DNA of 64,000 bases from Octopus sinensis (lineage: Eukaryota): contig NC_043001.1 in NCBI RefSeq assembly GCF_006345805.1, positions 123,752,001-123,816,000 of the forward strand, written 5' to 3'. Position 1 is the stretch's first letter. Every line of letters starts with the position of its first letter. Shown piece after piece: positions 12,592 through 26,962 of the stretch. The position numbers and the translations under genes were made by a program. The notes under the pieces are model-generated. The model saw only the letters and a program-made list of their open reading frames with translations, was not told the origin of the DNA and made no database searches.

Positions 12592-14660
12592 TATATGCGT
12601 GTGTGTGTGTGCACGTGTGTGTGTGTGTGCATGTGACGATACACCAGTGTTACTTTTAATTGAGTAGATACACACCAAAATGCATTTCAGTCGTCACTAT
12701 GCTGGTTTATCTCAATTTTAGCTATAGTGTATCAAGGACTACTGTACTGAATATGTTTTGTATATTTTAGCGACAGTATTGTATGACAGCAGAAAGAAAT
12801 TTTGTTATTGCTTGCATTAGGTTTGCAGTCTTTGTGTGTATATGTATGTTTTATGTTTTCACTGAGTATATTATTGCATGCCTAACACTAAGTAAGGTTA
12901 GTGAAATAACAGAAATGACAACAGAACATTTACATGAAATATTTATAATTCTGTACGTTCTTAGTCCAAATCTCGGAGGGTTCAATGTTTGCGTTTTCAG
13001 CTTACTATGTTTGATCAATAAAATGGGCACCATTAATACATACTACGTTCCTGCCAAATGAAAAGAAAAAGAAAACATAACATCAATATACATTGTCATG
13101 CAAATATAAATTAATTTCAAAGAAATCAGAAGTCAGATCTTACGCAGACTGTTTAACAATTGATGCCTATCACGATTTACTCATGTATTTCAACCGTATA
13201 TTTTCTTATATAAAGGAGAACAGAAAAGAATTTTATAACTCGTAGATGTATTATCTCTTCAGTTGAGTATTGATGAATGTTAACAAGCGTTCTGACCACC
13301 CTTCTTTAATAAGTCTGTAATCAAATAAACAGTAGAAAAGCTGATGAAAAGTTGCGGAACATGGCGCAAATAAAGAAGCCATCTTGAATCGTATCGTAGT
13401 TTTTCTTTCACTTGTACTGATATCTTTAGAGTGTATTTATATTATCTTCCATTCGTATTTTTTCTTGCTGATCGACTCCCTGGAGCTCGTCTTCCGTTGG
13501 TTTCTTCCCTTCCTCTTTCTCTTCATCAACGCCTGCAAGGGATAGTTTTGGAAGGAGCGTAATTCAAATTTAACTGTAGCGAAATTTTGAATTAAGAAAA
13601 CTGAATCTTTGAAGTATTAAACCAAGGACACTAGAAAATATTCCTCACAAGTTCTACACCTTTACATTGATACATATGGGCAATTTGTTGATATATTTAG
13701 TTATACCCGAGGTAGCCTCTCCCTTTGGAATATATATACATCCGTCGGCCGAGTTTGAACATTTATATATATATATGTATGTGCAAGTCTGGACAATATA
13801 TCTGTATAAAGGCTCGCACTTGCCCGTGCATGTAAGTTCCCTACTTTCTACGTCAGTGATGTTTAATCAAAGGATAAATCACCGTTTTAATCTGATAAAA
13901 CTTGGTATCAGTGTTGGCGTAGGCGTGGCTATTAAGTATGGAAAAGGCTGGAACACATAACACAAGGATACTCGCCCACCTCCTACAGTTCCATTGATAC
14001 ACCATTTTAAATTAGTACATTTTATTGTTGGCTAGAAAGAATGAAAGGCAAAACTAACGCTGGCAGAACTTAATCTCAGATTGAGGAGAGTCGCAAGTAA
14101 CATCACAGGACATTTTGTCTAACGCTTTAACGACTCTGATAATTCGCTGGTTTTTGTTATAATGTGAAGCATATCGACTCTTTGTTTTGGAATATACCAA
14201 TCGATATGTTTTGATGATAATTCTAAAAAAACAAAATCTGTTTCTTTGAAATACAATGTTGGTAGATGATACTTAAATGATGAAAATTGAGTAAAACAGG
14301 AATAACGTTAAGGATTTTTATTCAAAAGTAAAATGGAAAAGATGTTAGTTTTCGTTGATTTTCCCAAACAGTTTACAAAATTTTACGGTTGGCCCTGAGT
14401 TTATTTAACGCTTTTGAAGCCCTCCGAAACGAACATCAATCAGTTAAATGAGTGTTGGAAGCGAACTGCTTGGTTCCCAACTTTCTGTGGAATATTGGTA
14501 AGATGTAATCGATAGAACCAGACCTTAGAGGGATGATATAACATGCGTGTGATAGATGTGTTGGTGTAGAAGTGAAATGCAGCCAGATTGTTCTGAAGCG
14601 AAGAAGAGTAAACGTATACCTGATAGGAGGAGATCTTTATATATATATATATATATATAA

Positions 14661-15125
14661 ATTTCAAGTAACCACTATGAATGCAAAACAAGGTGGAAAA
14701 ACGTAGTAGTCGAATACCGAAAACAGAGTGATATACTTTTCATGAAAGCCGAACATATCGTCACAAACTCTCTCACGTCACCCATCGCAGGACCAGAACT
14801 GTCCGACAATCTGTAATGTGAAGCTGTGAGTAACAGCTTGTTAGGATTTTTTCGGCTTTAATAAAATATATATATCTATACATACATACATGTATACATA
14901 CAAACACACACATACACTTTATTAAAGCCGAAAAAATCTTCACAAGCTGTTACTCATAGTTCCACATTACCGTTTGTCGGACAGTTCTGATCCTGCAAAC
15001 GGTGACGTGAAACTCTGAACAGTTTGTGACGATATTTTCGTATTTCACGAAAAGCATATTAGTCTGTTTTCGGTATTCTATTACTACGTCTTTCCACCTT
15101 GATTTGCATTTATAATGCTTATTTG

Positions 15126-15129
<4 letters not shown>
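14661..15129. repeat. Two inverted ~205-bp copies of repeat family H2 around a 50-bp microsatellite spacer
   Basis: Arm 14661-14866 aligns to the reverse complement of 14917-15129 (roughly 80% by eye). Flanked by (TA)n; same family as 28184-28385. Confidence 0.8.
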
Positions 15130-15160
<31 letters not shown>

Positions 15161-15270
15161 TTATATATATATATTTATATATATATATATATGTATATAC
15201 ATATACGTATATATATACATGCGTGTACACGCACATATATGTATATAAATATGTATATATGCATGCATAT

Positions 15271-15320
<50 letters not shown>

Positions 15321-15535
15321 CATATATATATGTGTGTGTGTAGATATCTGTGTCTAGTGTAGAAGGAAAAGTTTGGTTAGGGATTGTGTGGTATTCTGGC
15401 AAAGAGGCTCAGGTGTATAACAAGCCATGTTGTAGATGGTGGAATGGATGGTGAAGGATAGCAAGCTAAAAGAGTGGTATGGCTAGGAAATTGAATTTAA
15501 GCAGCTAATCTTTAAAATGAGATTTATAAATATTG

Positions 15536-15741
15536 ATTTCAAATTTTGGTACAGAGCCATCCGTTAAGGGAGAGGGCTAAGTCGATTATATTGACCCCAG
15601 TGCTCAACTGTTACTTTATTGACCTCTAAAGGACGAATGTCAATATCGACTCAGGCCGCATTTGAACTCAGGACTAGAAATCGGAAGAAATGCTGTTAAG
15701 CATTTTGTCCACCATGCTAACGATTCTACTAGCTCGGCGCC
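15536..15741 (-). mobile_element. Older SINE A-related copy with a different 3' tail
   Basis: gtcgattatattgaccccagtgctcaactg...atttgaactcagg...catgctaacgattctactagctcggcgcc is a degenerate match to family A. Confidence 0.65.
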
Positions 15742-17919
15742 TTAACGACCTCTATAAATATTGAATTCGAAGTTTTATTCCTGTGTCGAAACGGCTAATG
15801 TACGCCTCTGCTAGGGTAAAGAAGTCATATGTAGGCAAACACATCTTTGAAGAAATTATTCTAGAATATAAATCGAAAATTATGTTTAAGTAGGTAGCGT
15901 ATGTTAAAATCAACGCATTTTTCACCGACCACGCTTAATTTGTAATTAGACATTACTAATTTACTCATTAGTGATTCATTTCATCATTAGTCATTATTGT
16001 CCATTTCGCCTTGCAGACAGAGATATGTTTATATTCAGCTCTCATATAAGTTAATCGTTTTCTTTTTTAACTGTTTAGCTTCTATTCCTAGCCAGACCAC
16101 ACTTAAAGTAGATATGTATTGTAATTAATTTCGTTATAGTCACTGCTAGCAATTCCCAAGTTATTCTATATGAGAACAGCTCCTTTAATACCAAAATATA
16201 TTAATCCGCCAAGTTTTCCATTTTACTCCCACAACACCAACAGGGAAATTTGTATGTCGCTGCTTTAATAAAAATTCAGAAAGAAAACAAACACAGACAT
16301 ATAAATCCTGATGTTTTGCAACCTTGCATCTCGTGGAAAGGTTAATTTAAATTGCATAAGGTTGTTCAGTCAGTGAAGCCAACGTATTTTTTAACCGGAC
16401 ACAAGCATATTGAAATGTCAAATTCATTAGTAATTTTCCTTGGAAATAATCCGGCCAATTATCTTATCTGAACTGTGTAAACGAGTGGTGTCCTCCTGGT
16501 TTCTCTTTTCCGAATGGTTTGAATTTATTCATCCGCCTTCAATGTCTGATATAACTGATGCGATTCAACTAATTTCAAATTTGTTCGTCAGTGGACAGAG
16601 AAAATGAGATTTGTTTAACATGCTTGCTATTTACTCTGTCAATTCAATTACTGTTGAATAAATGAACCAAAAATTGAAATCAATAAAAAATTTTAAACAA
16701 TGAAAGAAAATAACTCAACATTCCTTAAAATTCTTCCTGTGTGCCAAATTTCCGGTTGATTATTCTTATGATGCCATGCTTATTTTAAATATTTGAGCGC
16801 ATCCATTTTCCTCGGATGCTTCGCTCGACGTATAAGATTTAGAAAGATCTAAATTTCTAAGTGGAAAATCTTATTTAAGAAAACAGCGACAACGTGATTA
16901 AAATAACTTTTATTATATTTTTTATAGCAATTTTGCATTTAATAAGAAACTTTGATTTAAAATTTTATGTAATTAGTATTTTCAATAATTTATTTTGATC
17001 ATGATTTCGTTTAACTTGTCTCAAAACTATTTAACTAGTATATAATAGTGTAGACAACTAGTAGTAATATATTAATGCATCTAAACTAGAATCCTGTGGT
17101 TCCACTACTATCTGTACCTCCAAGTGTCTAACTTTAAGAGGTGAATAATTACTAGTGAATAAAATAAAATAGAATCCAGTAGATTTGGCTGGACGGAAAT
17201 TTGATGGTCATGTGAAAATATAGGAGTTATGAGATTTCAAAGGAGCTGATTAATAACACATTTTCCCATTATCTTTCAGAAATAAGAATGACAGAACGAA
17301 CTTTGGTTGGCAAAATCACGTACAGTAGGCTGAATTATGGGCAGTTTCAAAAGATGAGGGCAACTACAGGATGAAATATGGATTGGAAACTTTGGTAATA
17401 TTAGGAACTAGATTTTCAACACATTGTCTGACTGTAGTGAAAAGGACTTTTTATTACGGCTATTGACTTTCTAGGACTTAAGAAGTCAGTTATGTATCAA
17501 CACTTTGTATATTCGTATATATTGGCGGGAGGAATGGTGTGTTAAAGGGAGATAATTATCAAGCATGCAGTGTGGAATTCGATGAAAATAAGTAGCAAAT
17601 GTTGAAGCCTTCTACGCAGAAGCAATTCCAAGAAAGCTGTCGTGCTTGAGAATGGTGGAGAGGGTTATACTACAAAATTGATGATGGTGACCGTTTTAGA
17701 CAGAAATAGAATAGATCAGTTACTGTTGGGGAGAAGTGGGTTCTTGGTGACCGTGAGATGCACACCGGTGTCTTCAACATTTCAAACGGTAAAGTTGCAT
17801 ATGTCATTGTTGCTTTTAACAGCTACTCGATTGGTTGGTTGGTTGGTTGGTTGGTTGGTGTTCGGGGATGTGGAAAGAGTGACTGCTTTCTGACGTTCAA
17901 AGCTGAATTTGAAACATGT

Positions 17920-18565
17920 GATAAATGTGATAAAACAAACTTGGAGGACTATCGTCTCATCAATCGCCCGCCCATCATCGAAAATGTGTTCTCCCAAATC
18001 ATGCTCAGAAGGGTGCTCGGCACACTGGACCTCAATCAGCCAAAAGAACCAGCTGGCTTCAGGACAAGATTCTCTACTATCGATCACCTCTCGTTACGGC
18101 ACTGAAGAACCAAGGAGTAGACCCCCACCTGCATTGCAATACTGAAAGATCTTTACAGCGGTGCAACATCGACCGTCAGGCCACACCCAGACAGTGATAA
18201 GATCTAGTTGGAGAGAGGAACAAGGCACGATGACAACAACTTGTTTACAATATGTTTACAAGTCAAGGTCATCTACAAAATCTAATGTGACAAGAAGGGA
18301 ATCAACATCAATGGTGAACAACTATGCCACCTGGGCTTTGCAGATCTTGACAGCATATACACGCCTAAGGAAGTTTAGGAAATGCTCACCGATATCCACA
18401 CTAGAATCCAACCTTTTGGCCTCGACATGAACCTTGGAAGGACTAAGATCATGTTCAACAGGCACGGTGCTCCAGTACCCGTTATCGTAAACGGTAGGAA
18501 CATAGAAGAGGTATACAGCTACGTTTACCTGGGAAAGATGGTGGCAAAAGACGGAAACCTCCTGA
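17920..18565 (+). pseudogene. Degenerate RTE-clade non-LTR reverse transcriptase fragment
   Basis: Translates across frames to NLEDYRLIN...LDLNQPKEPAGFRTRFSTIDHL, ALKNQGVDP, LCHLGFAD and MNLGRTKIM...IEEVYSYVYLG, typical RTE RT motifs, with deletions. Confidence 0.8.
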
Positions 18566-19301
18566 AGATGTATAATAGCCTTGAGTAGGTATTTATTTGG
18601 CTTATGTTTTGACAGTTGCAGAGACGGTAGCAACTTTGACTTTATGAACGTTCTCTTCAGGATATTTTGCGTATTTCAGTTATCATATTTCTTGTGGATT
18701 GTACACAACGAAAATTTCCTCTACTGGAAGATGACGTAATATAATGTTTTGTAATATACAGTATGAACTATAGAATGCGTCACACTAATATAATCTCTGC
18801 AATATCAGAATACTGTAAGAAGCGAGCGAAGTAAAAAAAAATAAGACTCACAAAAACAAAAACATTAAAAAAAACATTGGATTAGAAGTGTATCAGCACA
18901 TTCCTAAATTCTGTATAGTCTGTTGCAGGTTTCAAAATCAAACTAATAGTCTTGTGCAAACGCAATTTTTAACGACCGCACCTGTAAACAAAATATTACT
19001 TCTCATACTTTATCGTCTGACATCCCCATTTTGTATATAAAGCAGGCAAAGGCGTCGACAAGATCTTGTCAACATCCACAGACATATGGCTTCGTTGCAC
19101 TGAACAGTTTCTTAGTATTTTGTAACATCTCAATTTTCATGCAATCAACAGAATAAGCTTTCATTTCATCAATACATTATTTTCAATGTTTGCTTTGATT
19201 GTTTGCAGTTTTCATTTATTTTTTCTTTCTTCTTTATATTTTATTTACTTATGTTCTTTCTTTTCTGCACTCTCTTTCTTTCCTCTCTCTCCTCATTATT
19301 T

Positions 19302-19345
<44 letters not shown>

Positions 19346-19432
19346 TCATCTCTTCGTTTTTAATACACATGTTATGGTTTCAATGTATGGACATTTTTTT
19401 GAGGGAATGTTTGCTGAATTTTTAGATCACTA

Positions 19433-19471
<39 letters not shown>

Positions 19472-20324
19472 TACACACACACACACACACACAAACACGA
19501 CACACACACACACACGCACGCATTCACACACACACTCAGTCACAGACCATAGGTAGCAGAAAAAGTGACGGCAGCGCTTTGATATCAGTATTCAATAGAG
19601 GAAATTGAGGATATTAAGCGAACTGTATGATAATACAGCAAAAACAAGTAAATAAGTAAAGAAATGAAAACCACGAAAAGGAATTGAAGATAATGTGATA
19701 ATCTCACTTACAGATTTAATGCCTTGTAGACGTGATTCCATTTTGTGAAATTTTGAGTTCTTGTTAGAATATTAATGGCATATGGTTTTTGGTATTCATA
19801 AACTTTACTATAAACATTCGATTTTGGTGCAAAAAGATTAGCTGCTTTAAATGTGCTTAAATTAAGTTCCATCTATCTTTGTGTCGTCATTAACACTTTC
19901 AATAATTGCATTAGGCTAATTTGATATTACGTATTTAAACTAATATAAATTAAAAGAGCGTGACATTTCTTTTATATTCACATATAGTTGTATTATTTGA
20001 AAAGGAAATGATTAAATGTGTAGATAATGGAAATTCATTCATGGATCTTCTTGCCCTTAATCGAAGTGGCCATTGTACGTATGTTACCAGACATATGGTG
20101 GCTGCCCCCTCGTTATCGAGTATGGCCATTGCACAAAGCTTAATCAATGTTGTTATTGTGCAATGCCTGTGCAAGGAGATTTTTTTTAAAGAGAGGAAAG
20201 GATGTGCACTGAGTCAATCTCACTCACTGAGCAACAGCAGCCATAATCCGAAAAGAAGAACAAGTCAACATCCGCAGGTTTTATGTCAGAGTTATCCCAG
20301 TTACCTGAGTTACCTTCTCCTAGA

Positions 20325-20610
20325 AGGATGCCCTGACAAAGGCTAGGAGTCCTTCACTCCCAATGGTTTAACTGCGTGATCGGGTATTCTGTCTGATTAT
20401 TTCTATGTCCCCGCGCATGATACAGCCTTAAGACATTTATTGGATGGCCATTGACTCTCAAGAGTTCCTCCGCCCTTTGACGAGTTTTGCTTTTCATCCA
20501 GCAGGGTGTCCAATAAACACTCACCTCACCAAACAAGCTTGGTGGGGTTGCCGGTTTAGTCGCCGACGACCCGACCATGCAACAGGTTGTACTGGGTTAC
20601 ATGTTACCAG
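20325..20610 (-). mobile_element. Probable LINE (RTE-like) 5' UTR fragment
   Basis: GC-richer island with agggcatccttctaggagaaggtaact and ggcgactaaaccggcaacccc on the minus strand, reminiscent of RTE 5' UTRs (recognition from memory only). Confidence 0.35.
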
Positions 20611-21302
20611 TAGCACTCGAAAGTGACCTGACACTAATGTGTGGACATATACATACTTACATACACACATGGATACATACACACAGACGCGCGCACGTAC
20701 GTGTCCGCACAGACAGAGAGACAGACACACACACAAACACAGCAATGTATATGTACATATTTAGGTTTGTCCCTTTTGGTAGGTAGATACAATATTGGAT
20801 TCTGCAGATTTGACCTTTATTTCGTCAAGGCAAAGGATAACAAAACCGAAGATAACTAGACCTACTGACCCATCCTCTACCTACCCACAAAAGCTAAGGC
20901 AGTGAAATACGCGCATTTGCCTTCAAACTTCAAGAGAAATAAATAAATTCTAAACAATAACACGAACCCAAATTTCATCTATGAAAATTTCTCTAAAACA
21001 CATTTCCATCACAACCCAATCTAAAACGTAATTACTATTTCATTCAAACCCACACATTAGGAAATATTTTAAGTCAACAGAGATTATATAAAACCATGAT
21101 TAACTTCAATGCCGCGCAGTCCATTGCTGGATTAACTGACCGAAACATCGATATCACATTTAACATTCTTGTTTAAGAGTAATGCATACACACAACCCCC
21201 GTAACCCCGTATATACGTATATATATATACCCACATACATTCATAAATACATATACGCATATGCATACACAACATATATATACAAATGTATATATATATA
21301 TC

Positions 21303-21579
21303 ACCGTGATCACCGTTGCTACACATCGCTGCTCACAATGCATTGTTTTAGCCTTCAAATGACGCCACCCCGCTGGCTAAGCGAACAGGCCAACAGAAGA
21401 AAGAGTGAGAGAAAGTTGTAGCGAAAGAGTACAGCAGGGATCGCCACCATCCCCTGCCGGAGCCTCGTGGAGTTTTAGGTGTTTTCGCTCAATAAATTCT
21501 CACAACGCCTGGTCTGGGAATCGAAACCGCGATCCTACGACCACAAGTCCGCTACCCTAACCACTGGGCCATTGCGCCT

Positions 21580-21582
<3 letters not shown>
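21303..21582 (-). mobile_element. tRNA-derived SINE family C, tail type 2
   Basis: Head ggaggcgcaatggcccagtggttaggg...ggtttcgattcccagacc; tail ctcgcttagccagcggggtggcgtcatttgaaggctaaaac, shared with 62686-62930. Confidence 0.8.
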
Positions 21583-21634
<52 letters not shown>

Positions 21635-22431
21635 CTTTAATATATATATACAAATGTATATATATATATATATACATTAATATATATTACATATAAATAT
21701 ATAGATTACACATCTATTTATATGTATATGTATATGTGCGTGTGTGCGTGACTGTGTGTACATGCGTGTATTTATACGCACATGTCAAAATTACATTTAT
21801 GTACACATGTACGTATATCCACATACATGCGAGCATATACGTATATACACACACACATTTATGGAAAGAATGATATTTTCAATCTTGCCTTTACCATACC
21901 TATATGTATGCATCATTTTGTGCATGTGTGTGTGCGCGTGTTTGTGTGTATGGATAGCTAAACATCTATATATGTAAATATATATATACGTATATGACAT
22001 GTTATGTGATGTGGTCTGTAAATATTCAAATTCACAGACGCATATTTGCATATTGTAAACAGATTCAAAGAAACAGATACACAAGCATATACGCTATTAT
22101 CGGGTTAATAACTTTCTAAAATTCGATATCTGAGACTAACATGTGAATAAATATTATCTGAAGTCAAAGATGTTTTCGGTACAAGAATAATTAGCTTTAA
22201 TTACATCAATGGACTTAATAAGAGATTAACTTCACCTTCTGAAATGCAGTAAGCTTTCAAACAGACTTGTTATAAGTGGTTTATCATTGGAATTAGGAAA
22301 AGAGTTAAAGTATACACACGCACACACACACATATAAATACATATTTGTATATGTATATATATTTATGCATATATATATATATATATGCATATATATATA
22401 TATATATATATAATATATATATATATTATAT

Positions 22432-22498
<67 letters not shown>

Positions 22499-22858
22499 TG
22501 TAAATATATGTATTCATGTGTGTGTTGTACATGTATATGCGTATATAAATCCGCACACACACTCACACACAAATATATATATACTTACATATTTATAAAT
22601 TCAAGCACACAGATAAATATGCTCACAGATACGTATATATCTATCTATATATCTATCAATCTATCTATCTGTATATATGAATGTATGTATGTATGTGTGT
22701 GTGTGTGTGTGTGTACCCAATAAAATATTTTATTAATACTGTTATCCCAACCACCACTACGAAGTTTCTGCAATAAATCAATGGATAACAACAGGTAATC
22801 GAAACTGTGCCGGGGCTTTACTGATCATCTATTTATATATTTTGTATAATTTCTCCAT

Positions 22859-22911
<53 letters not shown>

Positions 22912-23362
22912 AGTAAATAAACGACAATACTAATAACAAGGCAACAAACATTTTTTCAATATTTAGGGCTCAGTACTTTCGAATAGGACACGTAATAACA
23001 AGGGAGATGGTATATAGCTAGCATCTTCGCTTAGATATGAAGAAGACAGTAGTGACATGCACAGACAGGTGTTGTTATAGAATCAGTCTGCTTATTGTTT
23101 TTCTTGTATGCAGTTTCATCTTAATAATTAAGCCTTTGAAATGTCTACGTTGTTTATCAAGCCGTCCTCAGCAGGTGGAACGTAGCCCACGTCAGAATTT
23201 TGCATATCCTTATCAAAGGCAACATAGGAAATTTTAGAGTCAGAGAAGGTATCTTAATAATAAACAGTCATTAAACAACAGACAAGAACTACATGAGGTC
23301 GACTAATTACTATTACAAGCCCAGCTAACACAAGACATTGCGCTTTCTTTCATATCAGATGA

Positions 23363-24051
23363 CTAGCAGTATAACCCGCCCTTGCTCGGGATTAAGTTAC
23401 GATTATTAAGCTAATCAAGTTCTTTATTTCAAACCAAACTAATTAATATCGACTCTCAACAAAACACTTTTTTACTCGACGTAAAATAAAAACAAAACTC
23501 TTTCGCACCCAAAGTAATGTGTTTGTGTGAGAGAGAGGAGGGGGGAGAAAGATGAACGATTAAAAATGAATATATTGTAATTGTTGTGTGAGAAAGTATA
23601 TATACTATGATTATAAAATATAGTGTCTTTCAAAAACATCCTGAATTTGAGCACTATATCTCGTATTTAAGAAAAAACAAAACATTTTACATTTTACTTT
23701 TTATGGACGTCGTAATTTACTCTCTCTCTCCCTCTCTCACTTTGTCTTTCCCGTGAAACTCTGCCTCCTTCTTCCACTTTTCTTTATCTTATTTGTTCTT
23801 TGTTAGACGTCATCAAAAAGCTATGACTGATATTTTTTATGGCTAAAAGCTATGGCTGAAAATATAATTTTACCGCTTTCCGCGGGTGCCTCGGGAAAAA
23901 AATAAGTTGACAGAACCCAGATAGGATGTTGACGAATGTCCTCCTAAAATTCGAGCGACATGCGTGCTAATTTGGGGATGTGCATAAATTACAATCACGT
24001 ACACACACACAAGCGCTCGCGCGCGCATACGCACGTTATGCCTTTTATAGA
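23363..24051 (-). mobile_element. Non-autonomous Helitron
   Basis: Minus strand starts A|TCtataaaaggc (24051) and ends cccgagcaagggcggg-ttatactg-CTAG|T (23363). The 3' terminus matches the Helitron at 11313-11710. Confidence 0.65.
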
Positions 24052-25307
24052 TATGATGATAACAACTCTTTAACATCTCCCATTTGACCTCGTATCATGA
24101 TGAAGAGGTACTATACCCTGAAATATTGAATAAGTACGAGATTAAACAATAATTATTCTATTTTCACTTCTGTATTACGTTGATTTTCCATTGTTTCGAC
24201 CTTTCAACAAATTTTAATCTAATTTATTATCAGCCTATACAAAAGCCTACCCCACCTTTTTTTCAGGCACACTACGTAAGACCCATACTGTCCAATGGGT
24301 TTCAATTTGTGAAATTATAAAATAGGATTAAAATATTTCTTTCCTATTTCTATCAGGTCATATGACAGCTTGGTTACTCAATTGAGATAGTGCAGGGCTT
24401 GTCTAAATATGAAGTGGTGTTTCGTTTTTGGCAACTCGTAGTATTAGTTCAGTGTTGAAACTGGTTCCTTTATGTAATTCACACCAACGAAGTTCTTCCT
24501 AATGATCTGTAGACATGAATGTAACAGCTTTTCGTGTACATAATTACTGAAGCAATCTTGTATTGTACGTAATTATATTTAAACAACTTTGTAGTTTCAC
24601 TTTTGACTGTCTTTAGGGACAACTTCGGTTATTTCAAGTTTAGCTTGTCGTTGATTAATGAGAATATTTAGCTGAGAAATGTATATTGTACATTGTATTT
24701 ATATTGTATAGAAAATAACATTAAATAAACAGTCCTCTCGCGAATTAAAGAGTGTGTATACACGAGGCATTCGTCATATGAAAAGTGAAATGATGAAAAG
24801 AACAGTTGTTCAATGAGGGGGACCTTCCAAACTGATTTATTACAAAGAGAAAAGACTATGTTAGCATTGGAGATATGCTTTAACGGATTCATTATACACC
24901 CAGTTGAATGGTTGATATTCTATATAAACCGTCAAGATGAAACATAAAGCCGTATTCGATGTCATTTCGATATAAGGGACCTAATGCAATAGATAATAAT
25001 ATTCAATAATTTATCGGCACTTAATTGATTTTACACTCATACATGGTGATTGTCATTAATATTTCTAATTTATATACAGGTCAGTTATTTTGATATAAGG
25101 GAAAGGGCCGGAAGAAATACCTGCCGGCATTCTGGCTGGCACGAACGATTTGGCTTTACCTTTGCCCTTCTATACTACTACTACTACTACTGCTGCTGCT
25201 ACTGCTACTACTACTACTACTACCACCACCACCACCACCGATGATGATAATAATAATAATAATAATAATAATAATATAATAATAATAATAATAATAGTAA
25301 TAGTAGT

Positions 25308-25700
25308 AGGATATGAGCAGTTCCCATGAGCACTATCTTTTGAATTTCTGCCATTTTGGGGTTTCCTGGTATCTGAGAAAGGGGCTGATCGCTACCTAAT
25401 TCAGATACCAGGAAACCCCAATATGGCAGAAATTCGAAAGATAGTGCTCATGGAAACTGCTCATATCCTACGCAAAATACTGTATATGTAATCTCAAGTT
25501 TTAAAACAAACATAATTTTGGTTTTTTTTTTGACATTCACTAGTACAACACAAAATACAAACCCAAATATATGGCACACTAGGCATAACAACATCACGAA
25601 CCTCCAACCTGTTGTCTCTTGAGGTCTCTGGGAGAGACTTGAAGCCAACTTACACAAATATAAAGCAAAAGTCAAACATAGAATAATAATAATAATAATA

Positions 25701-25735
<35 letters not shown>

Positions 25736-26139
25736 GTAATAGTAGTAGGATATGAGCAGTTCCCATGAGCACTATCTTTTGAATTTCTGCCATTTTGGGG
25801 TTTCCTGGTATCTGAGAAAGGGGCTGATCGCTACCTAATTCAGATACCAGGAAACCCCAATATGGCAGAAATTCGAAAGATAGTGCTCATGGAAACTGCT
25901 CATATCCTACGCAAAATACTGTATATGTAATCTCAAGTTTTAAAACAAACATAATTTTGGTTTTTTTTTTGACATTCACTAGTACAACACAAAATACAAA
26001 CCCAAATATATGGCACACTAGGCATAACAACATCACGAACCTCCAACCTGTTGTCTCTTGAGGTCTCTGGGAGAGACTTGAAGCCAACTTACACAAATAT
26101 AAAGCAAAAGTCAAACATAGAATAATAATAATAATAATA

Positions 26140-26174
<35 letters not shown>

Positions 26175-26559
26175 GTAATAGTAGTAGGATATGAGCAGTT
26201 CCCATGAGCACTATCTTTTGAATTTCTGCCATTTTGGGGTTTCCTGGTATCTGAGAAAGGGGCTGATCGCTACCTAATTCAGATACCAGGAAACCCCAAT
26301 ATGGCAGAAATTCGAAAGATAGTGCTCATGGAAACTGCTCATATCCTACGCAAAATACTGTATATGTAATCTCAAGTTTTAAAACAAACATAATTTTGGT
26401 TTTTTTTTTTGACATTCACTAGTACAACACAAAATACAAACCCAAATATATGGCACACTAGGCATAACAACATCACGAACCTCCAACCTGTTGTCTCTTG
26501 AGGTCTCTGGGAGAGACTTGAAGCCAACTTACACAAATATAAAGCAAAAGTCAAACATA

Positions 26560-26560
<1 letters not shown>
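25308..26560 (+). repeat. Tandem triplication (439-bp period) of a fold-back R4/Dong-like 3' end embedded in (TAA)n
   Basis: Units start at 25308, 25747 and 26186. Each has 69-bp inverted arms with a 24-nt loop. The right arm encodes QIPGNPNMAEIRKIVLMETAHILRKILYM*, resembling the C-terminus of an RLE-type ORF. Confidence 0.85.
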
Positions 26561-26604
<44 letters not shown>

Positions 26605-26611
26605 TAATAGT

Positions 26612-26935
26612 TAATGAAGAAGGGAAAATAAACAACTACAACGATTTAATGTGGGAAATACGAAGTTTGTAGTCAATGAAGAGAGTAGAGGTGATACCAA
26701 TAGTAATTGGTGCACTTGGAAGTATCAGTACTCAACTACCAAGATGGCTGAAACGGATTGGTGCAAATGTAAAAGTAGAACACCCACAAAAATCAGCATT
26801 GCTTGGAATTGCAAGAATTCTTCGCAGGTTTCTTGAAGCATGACCAGTGAACAAGTATCGCCTTAGTTTGCTGGCTGAGGACAGGTGACACTTTCCATCA
26901 TGCCCAGCAAAATAAGCAGTGAGTTTTCATATAAT
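26612..26935 (+). mobile_element. R4/Dong-type element 3' fragment (RLE C-terminus)
   Basis: EEGKINNYNDLMWEIRSL*SMKRVEVIPIVIGALG...QKSALLGIARILRRFLEA*; flanked by (TAA)n on both sides. Confidence 0.75.
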
Positions 26936-26962
26936 AATAAAAATAATATGATAATAATAATG

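Noticed and set aside
17260-17400. Strong-looking splice acceptor (ttttcccattatctttcag) and a possible donor
   Set aside because: All three frames contain stops before the donor and there is no homology support.
20560-20615. Possible HDV-like ribozyme in the putative RTE 5' UTR
   Set aside because: Only a P4-like hairpin is visible; the P1/P3 elements are absent.
25308-26560. CRISPR-like or regularly spaced array
   Set aside because: The units are identical 439-bp duplications with no unique spacers, in a eukaryotic context without cas genes.
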